The notes under the pieces: model-generated | Seen by the model: the letters and a program-made list of their open reading frames with translations, nothing else | The model's database searches: none | Told to the model about the DNA's origin: nothing | Program-made: the position numbers and the translations under genes | Shown: positions 43,421 through 51,359 of the stretch, one piece after another | Position numbering within the stretch: the stretch's first letter is position 1 | Layout: every line of letters begins with the position of its first letter | Assembly: GCA_964483005.1 (NCBI GenBank) | Contig: CAYZZH010000001.1 | Span: 23,370 to 87,369, forward strand | Length of the DNA: 64,000 nucleotides | Reading direction: 5' to 3' | Source of the DNA: an uncultured Candidatus Saccharibacteria bacterium | GTDB taxonomy: Bacteria; Patescibacteriota; Saccharimonadia; Saccharimonadales; UBA4665

Positions 43421-45073
43421 ATGCACGAGCATGCGCCGTACGCACACGAACAGATACAGAATCTTGCACTTGCGGAGGCGCGTCTCTTAACTGAGGTCGA
43501 TACGCTCACGCGTAATCTTGACTGGCGGGGTAATGTCCCCTCGGCGGTCGAGCATGATACCAAACAAAATATGGGCACAGCTCTCGCCGAGGCCGCCATG
43601 CCGTCGGCAGTCACTACCACGTACCACCGGGTGGAGTACCATGAGGAGCAAGGTCGACGCGAACGAGTCATAAAGTGGCTTGGTAAAACAGCAATTGAGG
43701 TTGCCGAGACTGGCAAACAATTCCATTTCTCGCCGGCAGCACTTGCACGGGTGGATGTTGAGATTGCAGAGGCGATTCATGCCCAGAAATCGCTTCGGCC
43801 AGGGGTGGCACAAGTGTTTATTTCACCAAAAATGACTGCGACCGATGCACCTGCGCACATTGCGAAAGCCGAGCATTTGTACCATGACGATTCGCTCCGA
43901 GTCTCATACCCAGTCACCAATGAAAACGGGGAAGTTGTGGCGCGCAAAATGCAATCACTCTTGGTGCGAGATATTCCGCTCAGCGCATGGGTGGCGATGC
44001 TAAAAGATCCTAAGAACGTTTTTGGACGCGCATTTGAAATCGCAGATGAAGACTCTGCTCTTTCAGTCATGAAGCTTTTTTCGCAGCTTGAATTGCCAGA
44101 AGACAAACTGCCGAATGGTCCGGTTGGCCTTGTAGAAGTAGTGCTGCCGTACATAAAAGATAGAGGTACGCACCTTAGTGTGCAGCAACAACTCCTAGGC
44201 TACCGCGGCGATCAAACGCACTACGCTGAACAAGCACGCCAAAAGGCAGAGCAGTGGTTTGACTCTGACCTTGAGCTCGCCCGCAGTCTCAAGCTCGGCA
44301 AGGCCACAGACGCGGTGCGGCAGCGAATCGTTTCCGGGCAACATAGCTGGAATGCCGATGCACTAGCAGTGATTAATCGCCACCAGCTTAGCGACACAGC
44401 CTATAAGATGACCCGCGAGTTGGCCGCCGTACTTGAGCGTAGTATTCGGCTTGAACTTGAAGGGCGTATTGCCGTGAATGTCGACAACGAACGGGCGCTC
44501 AAAGCCGTTTCGCACAATGCTCGGGCGGCAATTGCTACAGGGGATGCTCAGCTAGAAGCAATGCGAGCTGCTGGCGTTAGCGCCGAAGAAATCTATCGAA
44601 CACAAGTAAGGCTTACGCGAATGGTAGCTGGCCAACCTATCCGGACTGGCGGAGGCTGCGCTGGTACTACCAAGGGCGTGTATGGCAGCGAATTAAACGA
44701 ACCAGGCTCTGAGTTTGAAAATGGTGTTGGTGAGCGAACGAGCCCGTATAACCAAGAAACTGGCGAAGATAAATCGAAGTGGAAATGGAAAAAGGGCGTC
44801 TGCCAGGTCAAGTCTTGCGCGAGTCACCCTGGTCAAACAGAAGTTGGGCCGTGCAATGTCTGTCGTCATTGCCAAGCAGAGTTCGATGCTGGTCGCGACC
44901 CCACGAAAGGGGGCTTTATAAGTTCTATAAGAGAAAAAATAACGAAAAAGAAAGAAGCAGTAACCTTTGCGGCACTGTTCCTCAGCGAAAAATCCAAACG
45001 AAAGACACAACAGATTGCCAAAGGTATTGGAAGTATTGCTCTCAAAGTGGGGAATGGAGAAAACAAGAGGTAA
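43421..45073 (+). CDS. Hypothetical protein with a C-terminal Cys-rich (zinc-ribbon-like) segment and a basic tail
   Basis: 550 aa. No domain recognised. ...KGVCQVKSCASHPGQTEVGPCNVCRHCQAEFD. Confidence 0.5.
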   Translation: MHEHAPYAHEQIQNLALAEARLLTEVDTLTRNLDWRGNVPSAVEHDTKQNMGTALAEAAMPSAVTTTYHRVEYHEEQGRRERVIKWLGKTAIEVAETGKQFHFSPAALARVDVEIAEAIHAQKSLRPGVAQVFISPKMTATDAPAHIAKAEHLYHDDSLRVSYPVTNENGEVVARKMQSLLVRDIPLSAWVAMLKDPKNVFGRAFEIADEDSALSVMKLFSQLELPEDKLPNGPVGLVEVVLPYIKDRGTHLSVQQQLLGYRGDQTHYAEQARQKAEQWFDSDLELARSLKLGKATDAVRQRIVSGQHSWNADALAVINRHQLSDTAYKMTRELAAVLERSIRLELEGRIAVNVDNERALKAVSHNARAAIATGDAQLEAMRAAGVSAEEIYRTQVRLTRMVAGQPIRTGGGCAGTTKGVYGSELNEPGSEFENGVGERTSPYNQETGEDKSKWKWKKGVCQVKSCASHPGQTEVGPCNVCRHCQAEFDAGRDPTKGGFISSIREKITKKKEAVTFAALFLSEKSKRKTQQIAKGIGSIALKVGNGENKR

Positions 45074-45082
45074 AATAGTGAT

Positions 45083-45256
45083 ATGAACAACATTGATCCA
45101 TATGTAGAAATGGTGAAAGAGCGGGCGCCGGAGCTGTTTTGTGAGGTGTGTGGGCACTATCCGCTAGAGCCGGTGCATGGGCATTTTGCGTGCCCCGCGT
45201 GCAAAAGCATTACCAAATGTTGCGAAGGCATGCCGATCGCCAAAGAGGACATATGA
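45083..45256 (+). CDS. Small zinc-ribbon protein (57 aa)
   Basis: Below the track cutoff. MNNIDPYVEMVKERAPELFCEVCGHYPLEPVHGHFACPACKSITKCCEGMPIAKEDI. CxxC...CxxC. Confidence 0.45.
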   Translation: MNNIDPYVEMVKERAPELFCEVCGHYPLEPVHGHFACPACKSITKCCEGMPIAKEDI

Positions 45257-45257
45257 A

Positions 45258-45878
45258 GTGAAAGTCGCATCTGTAATAGCTCCATCCCAGACAAAACAAC
45301 GCCGCGTGGGCATATACGCGGGCACATTTGACCCGGTGCACACCGGGCACATTGCCTTTGCGCTGCAGGCGCTGGACAGGGCAGAGTTGGACGTAGTGTA
45401 TTTTGTGCCCGAACGTGAGCCGCGCGGCAAAGTGGGGGTGACACATTTTGCCCACCGCATTGCGATGGTTCGCCGGGCGCTACAGTCATATGCACAACTC
45501 CAGGTGCTGGAACTGCCGGACAAATGTTTTTCGGTGAGCCGCACGTTACCACGCTTGCGGCAGTTGTTTTTGACAGACGAACTGGTGTTTTTATGTGGTT
45601 CCGATGTCTTAGCCGCAATGGTGCATTGGCCATACATACAAACGCTGCTTACTACCAGCGAACTATGCGTCGGTCAGCGCAAAAACGAAACAAAACGCGC
45701 TAGTACAAACTCGCTCGCTGCGCTGCCTTGTTCGCCGCGGCGCGTCACCATGCTCAAAAGCTATGCCCCGGCAGTGAGCTCTCGCCATGTTCGCCAGGCT
45801 ATTCGGGCTCACCGCCACGCTGCGGGGTTGTTGCGCAGCGTACAAGCCTATGCGGCCCGCGAATGGCTGTACGTGTAG
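45258..45878 (+). CDS. nadD: Nicotinate/nicotinamide-nucleotide adenylyltransferase
   Basis: Track ORF 45177..45878. GTG 45258 after AAGAGGA. GIYAGTFDPVHTGHIAFAL, the (T/H)xGH motif. Confidence 0.7.
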   Translation: MKVASVIAPSQTKQRRVGIYAGTFDPVHTGHIAFALQALDRAELDVVYFVPEREPRGKVGVTHFAHRIAMVRRALQSYAQLQVLELPDKCFSVSRTLPRLRQLFLTDELVFLCGSDVLAAMVHWPYIQTLLTTSELCVGQRKNETKRASTNSLAALPCSPRRVTMLKSYAPAVSSRHVRQAIRAHRHAAGLLRSVQAYAAREWLYV

Positions 45879-45933
45879 GTGTACTACCTAAAATCAGAGA
45901 TAAAACGCTGCCAAAAACACCACGCTCAACCCC

Positions 45934-45963
45934 TTGCGAAAGCACTGGTCGAGCTGCTATAGT
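45934..45963 (+). promoter_or_regulatory. Sigma-70-type promoter for a small plus-strand transcript
   Basis: TTGCGA (45934-45939), 18-nt spacer, TGcTATAGT (45955-45963). Confidence 0.45.
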
Positions 45964-46069
45964 ATAAGCATCTTCTGTTGCACGGCGAGGTGCAAAAAGA
46001 GACAAAAACGTAACAAAAAGCAGGTGCGCACCGTACGTCTTCGTACTGGTGTGTCTGCAGGAGGCTCTT

Positions 46070-46162
46070 ATGTCTATACCAATCAAACTGAGTGCTGGTA
46101 CGGTACCGCACACCCAGGTTAACGTGCGGCGACCAGGCTGGCAGCAGTACATACACTACTAA
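46070..46162 (+). CDS. Candidate small ORF (30 aa) with a strong SD
   Basis: AGGAGG at 46059-46064, then 5 nt, then ATG. MSIPIKLSAGTVPHTQVNVRRPGWQQYIHY. Preceded by a ~16-bp hairpin (46020-46058) and followed by a terminator. Confidence 0.3.
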   Translation: MSIPIKLSAGTVPHTQVNVRRPGWQQYIHY

Positions 46163-46165
46163 AAC

Positions 46166-46193
46166 AAAAAGAGGGCGCAACCGTCCTCTTTTT
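46166..46193. terminator. Bidirectional intrinsic terminator
   Basis: AAAAAGAGGGC gcaacc GTCCTCTTTTT. A-run and T-run on either side. Lies between the small ORF (+) and the DsbA-like gene (-). Confidence 0.6.
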
Positions 46194-46215
46194 CGTTGTA
46201 TCAACCTGGTGCAGG

Positions 46216-46908
46216 TTACTTGCCAGCGGCCAAGGCTTCGTCGAGCACTTTACTAAACGCCTCTACAGAGGGTTGGGGTTGTTGCGAGTTGTCTAGCAAG
46301 CGGCTGCTTTCGACACGCGTGCCATTTATAAAAAACGTGGGTGTTGAAAGCTGTGATTTTGTGGCCTTAAATGTGTCGAGGTCGGCATTTATGCGGTTGT
46401 TAACAGTGGCGCTGGCAAAATCTGTTTTGAACTTTGTGGTGTCGAGACCAAGCTGTTTTGCATAGTCCACAAAATGGTCAGAGAGCGGGTCCTTGCTGGC
46501 CACCCAACCACTGGCACCGTAGGGGTCTTGGTTTTCGTACAATAGGTCGTGCATTTCCCAAAACTTCCCCTGCAAGTCGGCTGCTTCGGCGGCGCGAGCT
46601 CCGGCAAATGCATTGGGGTGCATGCTGGTGAGCGGTAAGTTGCGAAACTGGAACCGGACCTTTCCGGCGTATTTGTCTTTGACCTGTTTGACGACTGGGT
46701 AAAAGCTTTTGCAGGCGGAACACTGGTAGTCGCCGTACTCGGTGAGGGTGACTTTGCTGTCGAGCTTGCCGGTGTAGTGGCTGGTGGTTTGTGCGGCGTT
46801 GTTTTTGGGGTTGGATGTGTCTTTGGCAGCTTTTTGGTTGTTCACCAAAACAATGCCCATAAAACCGATAATAATCACCCCCACGATAGCCCAAAAGCGT
46901 TTATCCAT
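46216..46908 (-). CDS. DsbA-family thiol:disulfide oxidoreductase, membrane-anchored
   Basis: Track ORF 46216..46950. ATG 46908 after GGAGGA. TM FWAIVGVIIIGFMGIVLV. Active site YGDYQCSACK. Confidence 0.75.
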   Translation of the reverse strand: MDKRFWAIVGVIIIGFMGIVLVNNQKAAKDTSNPKNNAAQTTSHYTGKLDSKVTLTEYGDYQCSACKSFYPVVKQVKDKYAGKVRFQFRNLPLTSMHPNAFAGARAAEAADLQGKFWEMHDLLYENQDPYGASGWVASKDPLSDHFVDYAKQLGLDTTKFKTDFASATVNNRINADLDTFKATKSQLSTPTFFINGTRVESSRLLDNSQQPQPSVEAFSKVLDEALAAGK

Positions 46909-46942
46909 AGTCATTCCTCCTGCTTTATCCAGTATGGTAGCA

Positions 46943-47112
46943 TATACCACTCACAAACTAAACTTCGGCTTCTCCACGTGAGCCCTCACCGGTCAAAACC
47001 AGCCAAGACCTTCGCACCATCCGCCGCCGTGGAAGACTAGTCAGTCTTGACTGGTTTTGGCTGGGCGATCATCTGCCCCCGAAAAACCGAATGTTAGTTT
47101 CTGAGTGGTATA
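46943..47112. repeat. 170-bp imperfect palindrome
   Basis: Outer arms TATACCACTCACAAACTAAACTTCGG (46943-46968) / CCGAATGTTAGTTTCTGAGTGGTATA (47087-47112). Inner arms CAAAACCAGCCAAGAC (46994-47009) / GTCTTGACTGGTTTTG (47044-47059). Confidence 0.8.
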
Positions 47113-47198
47113 GACACCGCCAGAAACTAAAATCTCGGCTTACGCGGGACAGCGGCCGCGGACAGTCTCTTTCCCACGTAAGGTATACTATATAAGAC

Positions 47199-48242
47199 AT
47201 GACATCGTTTATTCTCGGTCTAGTTTGTGCGTTTTGTGCCATTTTGTGTGCAACGCTGTACCGGACGTTTCACCGTGTGACTCCAAAAGAACTAAAACGC
47301 CGAGCGCGCAGTGGTGACGAAGTGGCGGCGCTGCTGTACCGCACCGTTTCGTATGGGCTTAGTACAAAGCTGCTGTTGGGTGGACTGACTGCCTTGTTTG
47401 CGTATGGGGCATTTGTAGGTATGGTAAAGGCGCTCGATATGTGGCTGGCGCTCCCGGTGTTAGTAGTAATTACGCTGCTTGGTACAATGCTGGTCGAAAT
47501 GAAAGGCGGAGCCAGTCGTGTTTCGCTGCGACTGGCACAGCTTGCGTCACCGGTGTTTGCCTGGTTGCTCGAGCGGCTTCACCCTGTTTTTGACCGTTTG
47601 AGTCGAGCGGCGCGTCGGCTGCGCCCGATTCATGTTCACAGTGGACTGTACGAAAAAGAAGATCTTGTCGCGCTGCTCGACGCGCAAAAAACCCAGCCCG
47701 ACAACCACATTGACCCCGGCGAGATTGACCTACTGTCGCACGCTCTGCGTTTTGGCGACAAAACCGTTGCCGACGCGCTGGTGCCAAAGCGTGTCGTAAA
47801 AAGCATAGCCGTCGACGAAGCCATTGGCCCCGTGCTAATGGCCGAGCTTCACGCCAGCGGGCACAGTCGTTTCCCGGTGTACGAACACCAAAAAGACAGC
47901 ATAGTGGGCGTGCTGTATTTGCACGACCTCATTCACACGGTTACCTCTGGCACGGTCAGGGAGGTAATGCGCCCAAAGGTAACGTATGCCCACGAGGACT
48001 TTACGCTGTACCAAACGCTGCAGGCGTTTATAAAAACCAAACAGCATCTTTTTGTGGTGGTGAATAGTTTTGAAGAATACGTCGGGATTATTACTATCGA
48101 AGACGTGCTCGAGTGGGTTATTGGCAAACTTATCGTCGACGAGTTTGACCGCTACGACGACCTCCGCGCTGTCGCTGCAGCTGCCGCCCACAAAGACCAC
48201 ACCGCCACCTTAGCCTCGCACGCCGAGCTTAAAGCCAACTAA
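47199..48242 (+). CDS. CNNM/CorC-type transporter-associated protein (DUF21-like TM region + CBS pair)
   Basis: 347 aa. 3-4 N-terminal TM. ...VADALVPKRVVKSIAVDEAIGPVLMAELHASGHSRFPVYEHQKDSIVGVLYLHDL. Confidence 0.7.
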   Translation: MTSFILGLVCAFCAILCATLYRTFHRVTPKELKRRARSGDEVAALLYRTVSYGLSTKLLLGGLTALFAYGAFVGMVKALDMWLALPVLVVITLLGTMLVEMKGGASRVSLRLAQLASPVFAWLLERLHPVFDRLSRAARRLRPIHVHSGLYEKEDLVALLDAQKTQPDNHIDPGEIDLLSHALRFGDKTVADALVPKRVVKSIAVDEAIGPVLMAELHASGHSRFPVYEHQKDSIVGVLYLHDLIHTVTSGTVREVMRPKVTYAHEDFTLYQTLQAFIKTKQHLFVVVNSFEEYVGIITIEDVLEWVIGKLIVDEFDRYDDLRAVAAAAAHKDHTATLASHAELKAN

Positions 48243-48277
48243 ACCTTTGTTAACTCCCGTTCGTATACGTCGCCTAT

Positions 48278-48315
48278 ATTCTCACTTTTCTAACGGCCGT
48301 TAGAAAAGTGAGAAT
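48278..48315. repeat. 38-bp perfect palindrome, family copy 2 (overlaps the stop codon of the 48315 gene)
   Basis: ATTCTCACTTTTCTAACGG|CCGTTAGAAAAGTGAGAAT. Confidence 0.9.
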
Positions 48316-48833
48316 TATTTTGGAAAGAGGCGGAGGCTCTCGTGAACCTCTACGCAGGTCTCAATGCCGAGATCGCGAATGGCTTCAATAACTATTTTTC
48401 GATGGTCGGTGTCGGTCACCCACACGCTTTGCTGGATCATAGTAAAGCCAAGGTTTTTGAGCAGGCTGCGAAATGAATGGCGTACGGCCACGCGGTGCTC
48501 TGGAATGTCGAAAATGACAATCAGACGAGCATCTTTGCCAAGCTTCTTGGCGACAAACGGTGCAATTTTGCGTAGGCCTTTTTCAGTCAGGCGCGGGATT
48601 TTATCTCCAGAAAACAGGTCTTGTTTGCGAGCTCGGTAGTACGCATTTCTCAAAGCGGCCTCGCTGTGACCCGAAACCCGTGACATCTCGTAGAAAAAGG
48701 TGCTTGGCTTAAAAGAGAGCAAAACGTTTTCGTTTGTGTACGGCAAAAGCCCGCGCAGCATGAAAATCATGGCCGGATGCTTCGCGTCTCGGTAGTTATA
48801 ACGGTACTTGTACATAGTTTCTGCCATATCCAA
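48315..48833 (-). CDS. PaaX-like protein with a Cas2-fold (ferredoxin-like) C-terminal domain
   Basis: 172 aa (TTG 48833 or ATG 48827). DARLIVIFDIPEHRVAVRHSFRSLLKNLGFTMIQQSVWVTD matches the beta-alpha-beta core of the PaaX C-terminal / Cas2 family. Assignment is from memory of the motif only. Confidence 0.45.
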   Translation of the reverse strand: MDMAETMYKYRYNYRDAKHPAMIFMLRGLLPYTNENVLLSFKPSTFFYEMSRVSGHSEAALRNAYYRARKQDLFSGDKIPRLTEKGLRKIAPFVAKKLGKDARLIVIFDIPEHRVAVRHSFRSLLKNLGFTMIQQSVWVTDTDHRKIVIEAIRDLGIETCVEVHESLRLFPK

Positions 48834-48840
48834 ATTGTAT

Positions 48841-48868
48841 CACTTTTCTAACGGCCGTGAGAAAAGTG
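48841..48868. repeat. Palindrome family copy 3 (28 bp, 1 mismatch, left tip missing)
   Basis: CACTTTTCTAACGG|CCGTGAGAAAAGTG, then AGAATGTTTT as in copy 1. 8 nt upstream of the 48315-48833 gene. Confidence 0.8.
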
Positions 48869-49030
48869 AGAATGTTTTATGGGGTTTGAGGGTGAGGGTG
48901 GTAAAATGGGGGAGATGAAACAGTGGTTGCGTAGAGATATAAATCTGGGGGTCGGCAGGTAGCCCGGCTGAGGCTGCTTGTGCGAACGACCCTTTGCTAG
49001 CCACCATACTTATTTTACGAAGGAATATAC

Positions 49031-50785
49031 ATGAGAACACTTGCTACCGAATCAGTTACTCGCATTGGCGACACCGTTACCGCCATGGGCTGGGTGCAAT
49101 CGCGCCGCGATCATGGCGGCCTAATCTTCATCGATCTGCGCGACCACACCGGCCTGCTGCAGTTGGTTATCAACCCCGAAACAGCCGAGGCATTTAAACT
49201 CGCCGAAGAACTGCGTGACGAATACGTTATTGCAGCTACGGGGGTGGTGACAGAACGGGACGAAACCCTGCGCAATCCACATCTCGAAACAGGCAGTGTC
49301 GAGGTAAAAGTTAACGACATTCGCATTTTGAACCGAGCCGAAACCCTGCCCATACAGCCATTTGCCGAAGCTCAGGCAAACGAAGACTTACGGCTGCGCT
49401 ACCGCTACCTCGACCTGCGCCGTCCCAAAATGCAGCACATGCTGAAAAAGCGTGCCGAGTACTACACATACATGCGCGATTACGTGGAGTCGGCCGGTTT
49501 TACAGAGGTTGCCACGCCTATTTTGGCAAATAGCAGCCCGGAGGGTGCACGCGACTTCCTCATCCCTTCACGCATCCACCCCGGCAAATTCTATGCGCTT
49601 CCGCAGGCGCCGCAGCAGTTCAAACAGCTGCTCATGGTGAGCGGTGTGCCGCGGTACTACCAGCTGGCAGCGTGTTTTCGCGACGAAGACCCGCGGGCAG
49701 ATCGTCTCTACGGTGAGTTTTACCAGCTCGACGCCGAAATGAGTTTTGTGGAAGACGGCGAAGAAGTGCGTGCCACGTTTGACCCGCTTATCAAATCGCT
49801 CGTGACCAATTTTGCGGGCAAAAAGCTGTTGGCCGAAGACGTGCCGCGCATACCCTACGCCGAAGCCATGGAGCGGTATGGCAGCGACAAACCCGACCTG
49901 CGGTTTGGGATGGAACTGGTCGAACTGAGCGATGTTTTTAGAGACTCCGAGTTTGGGGTGTTTAAAAACGCGGTGGCTGGCGGCGGTGCAGTCAAGGCTA
50001 TTTGCGTCAAAGGCGGGGCATCACTTTCGCGCTCGCAGATAGACAGCTTTACCGAAATCGCCAAAAGCGAAGGCGCTGGTGGGCTTGCCTACCTCACGTA
50101 CAAAGATGGTGAGGTGCAATCGCCCATAGCAAAATTTATGAATGAAGCGGAACTGAACGAAGTTAAAACGAGATCCCAGGCAGAAGATGGCGACGCCGTG
50201 TTTTTTGGCGCCGACACGCGCACGCGTGTGAACAAAGTGCTGGGGCGCTTGCGTAACGAGCTTGCGACACACTTCAACCTCAAAGACCCAAATGTCGTCG
50301 CGCTGTGCTGGATTATCGACTTTCCGTTTTATGAGCTCGATGAAAAGACTGGCAAAATGGACTTCGGCCACAACCCATTCAGTATGCCGAAGGGCGGCGC
50401 TCACGCGCTCGATAGTACCGAAAACAAGCTTGAGATTCTAGCCGACCAATACGACATGGTAGCGAATGGCTACGAAATCTGCAGCGGCGGCGTGCGCAAT
50501 CACAACCCAGAAGTGCTCTACAAAGTATTTGGCCTGCTCGGCTTCTCACCAGAGTACGTCGAGGAAAAGTTTGGTGCCATGCTCGGTGCGTTTAAGTACG
50601 GCGCGCCACCGCATGCCGGCTGCGCCTTCGGCATAGACCGACTTTTCATGGTGCTGATGGGTGAGGAAAATATCCGCGAAATAGTCGCCTTCCCCAAAAA
50701 CGGCTCCGGCCTAGACGTCATGATGAACAGCCCAGGTGGCGTGGACGAAACCCAACTCAAAGAGCTCTCAATAGCAGTGAAGTGA
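49031..50785 (+). CDS. aspS: Aspartate--tRNA ligase (bacterial type)
   Basis: 584 aa. GWVQSRRDHGGLIFIDLRDHTGLLQLV (OB fold). Class II motifs FRDED, GGVRNHN, PPHAGCAFGIDRL. Confidence 0.95.
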   Translation: MRTLATESVTRIGDTVTAMGWVQSRRDHGGLIFIDLRDHTGLLQLVINPETAEAFKLAEELRDEYVIAATGVVTERDETLRNPHLETGSVEVKVNDIRILNRAETLPIQPFAEAQANEDLRLRYRYLDLRRPKMQHMLKKRAEYYTYMRDYVESAGFTEVATPILANSSPEGARDFLIPSRIHPGKFYALPQAPQQFKQLLMVSGVPRYYQLAACFRDEDPRADRLYGEFYQLDAEMSFVEDGEEVRATFDPLIKSLVTNFAGKKLLAEDVPRIPYAEAMERYGSDKPDLRFGMELVELSDVFRDSEFGVFKNAVAGGGAVKAICVKGGASLSRSQIDSFTEIAKSEGAGGLAYLTYKDGEVQSPIAKFMNEAELNEVKTRSQAEDGDAVFFGADTRTRVNKVLGRLRNELATHFNLKDPNVVALCWIIDFPFYELDEKTGKMDFGHNPFSMPKGGAHALDSTENKLEILADQYDMVANGYEICSGGVRNHNPEVLYKVFGLLGFSPEYVEEKFGAMLGAFKYGAPPHAGCAFGIDRLFMVLMGEENIREIVAFPKNGSGLDVMMNSPGGVDETQLKELSIAVK

Positions 50786-51258
50786 TGCTGTCTAGTTACG
50801 TTCCTGGTTGTGAGAAAGACTATATTGAGATGATGTACTCTTGGTACCCAGGTGGACGTGATGGTGGCATGATAAAAGTGTGGAGAGTAGACGATCCACG
50901 TAGACTTAAGCAGGGGATGCGCACTGCACGTACAATTTTGGCGGCCGAGGGAATGCTGAAAGTGGATTATGGCTTTGACGGTTTCGATGTCGATGCGCAT
51001 ACAAGTTCGACATTTAAAACTCGGCTTCAGAACCCACTATGCTGCAAGCATGGTGTCGGGTCACCTTTTTATAATAGCGAAATTATAAGAACGGCACTTA
51101 AAAAAGACTCAGCCTCACGCCTTTTTCAGATTATTGTGCCGACAAACCGGGTGATTATCCCTCACTTTAGACCAGAGCCTTCGCTGCAAAACTCTCAAGA
51201 ACTTTTGGTCATTGGTGATATCGATAGAGATAATTATATACTGTACACCCCCACTTGA
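50782..51258 (+). CDS. Hypothetical protein
   Basis: 158 aa. Start overlaps the aspS stop (TGATG). No recognisable motif. Confidence 0.35.
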   Translation: MMLSSYVPGCEKDYIEMMYSWYPGGRDGGMIKVWRVDDPRRLKQGMRTARTILAAEGMLKVDYGFDGFDVDAHTSSTFKTRLQNPLCCKHGVGSPFYNSEIIRTALKKDSASRLFQIIVPTNRVIIPHFRPEPSLQNSQELLVIGDIDRDNYILYTPT

Positions 51259-51359
51259 CACTCGGTATAGTCGCGAGTACACTTTTGGGGAGAATTTGTG
51301 AGGTTTCGCACAAAATGTACGTCAAAACACTAGATTAACCATAACTTTAAGGGAGTGAC

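Noticed and set aside
45157-45637. Two overlapping ~157-aa minus-strand ORFs
   Set aside because: They are antisense to nadD and the zinc-ribbon ORF. They are Cys/Arg/Pro-rich shadow frames.
43089-48868. CRISPR array, suggested by the Cas2-fold gene plus repeated 38-42-bp sequences
   Set aside because: There are only three copies. They are self-complementary palindromes at irregular spacing (5.2 kb and 0.5 kb), and there are no unique spacers of constant length.
48876-49030. T-box leader upstream of aspS (GGGTGGTA at ~48896)
   Set aside because: The region is only ~155 nt. The GGGTGGTA lies at its far 5' end rather than next to a terminator/antiterminator. No specifier-loop stem is evident.
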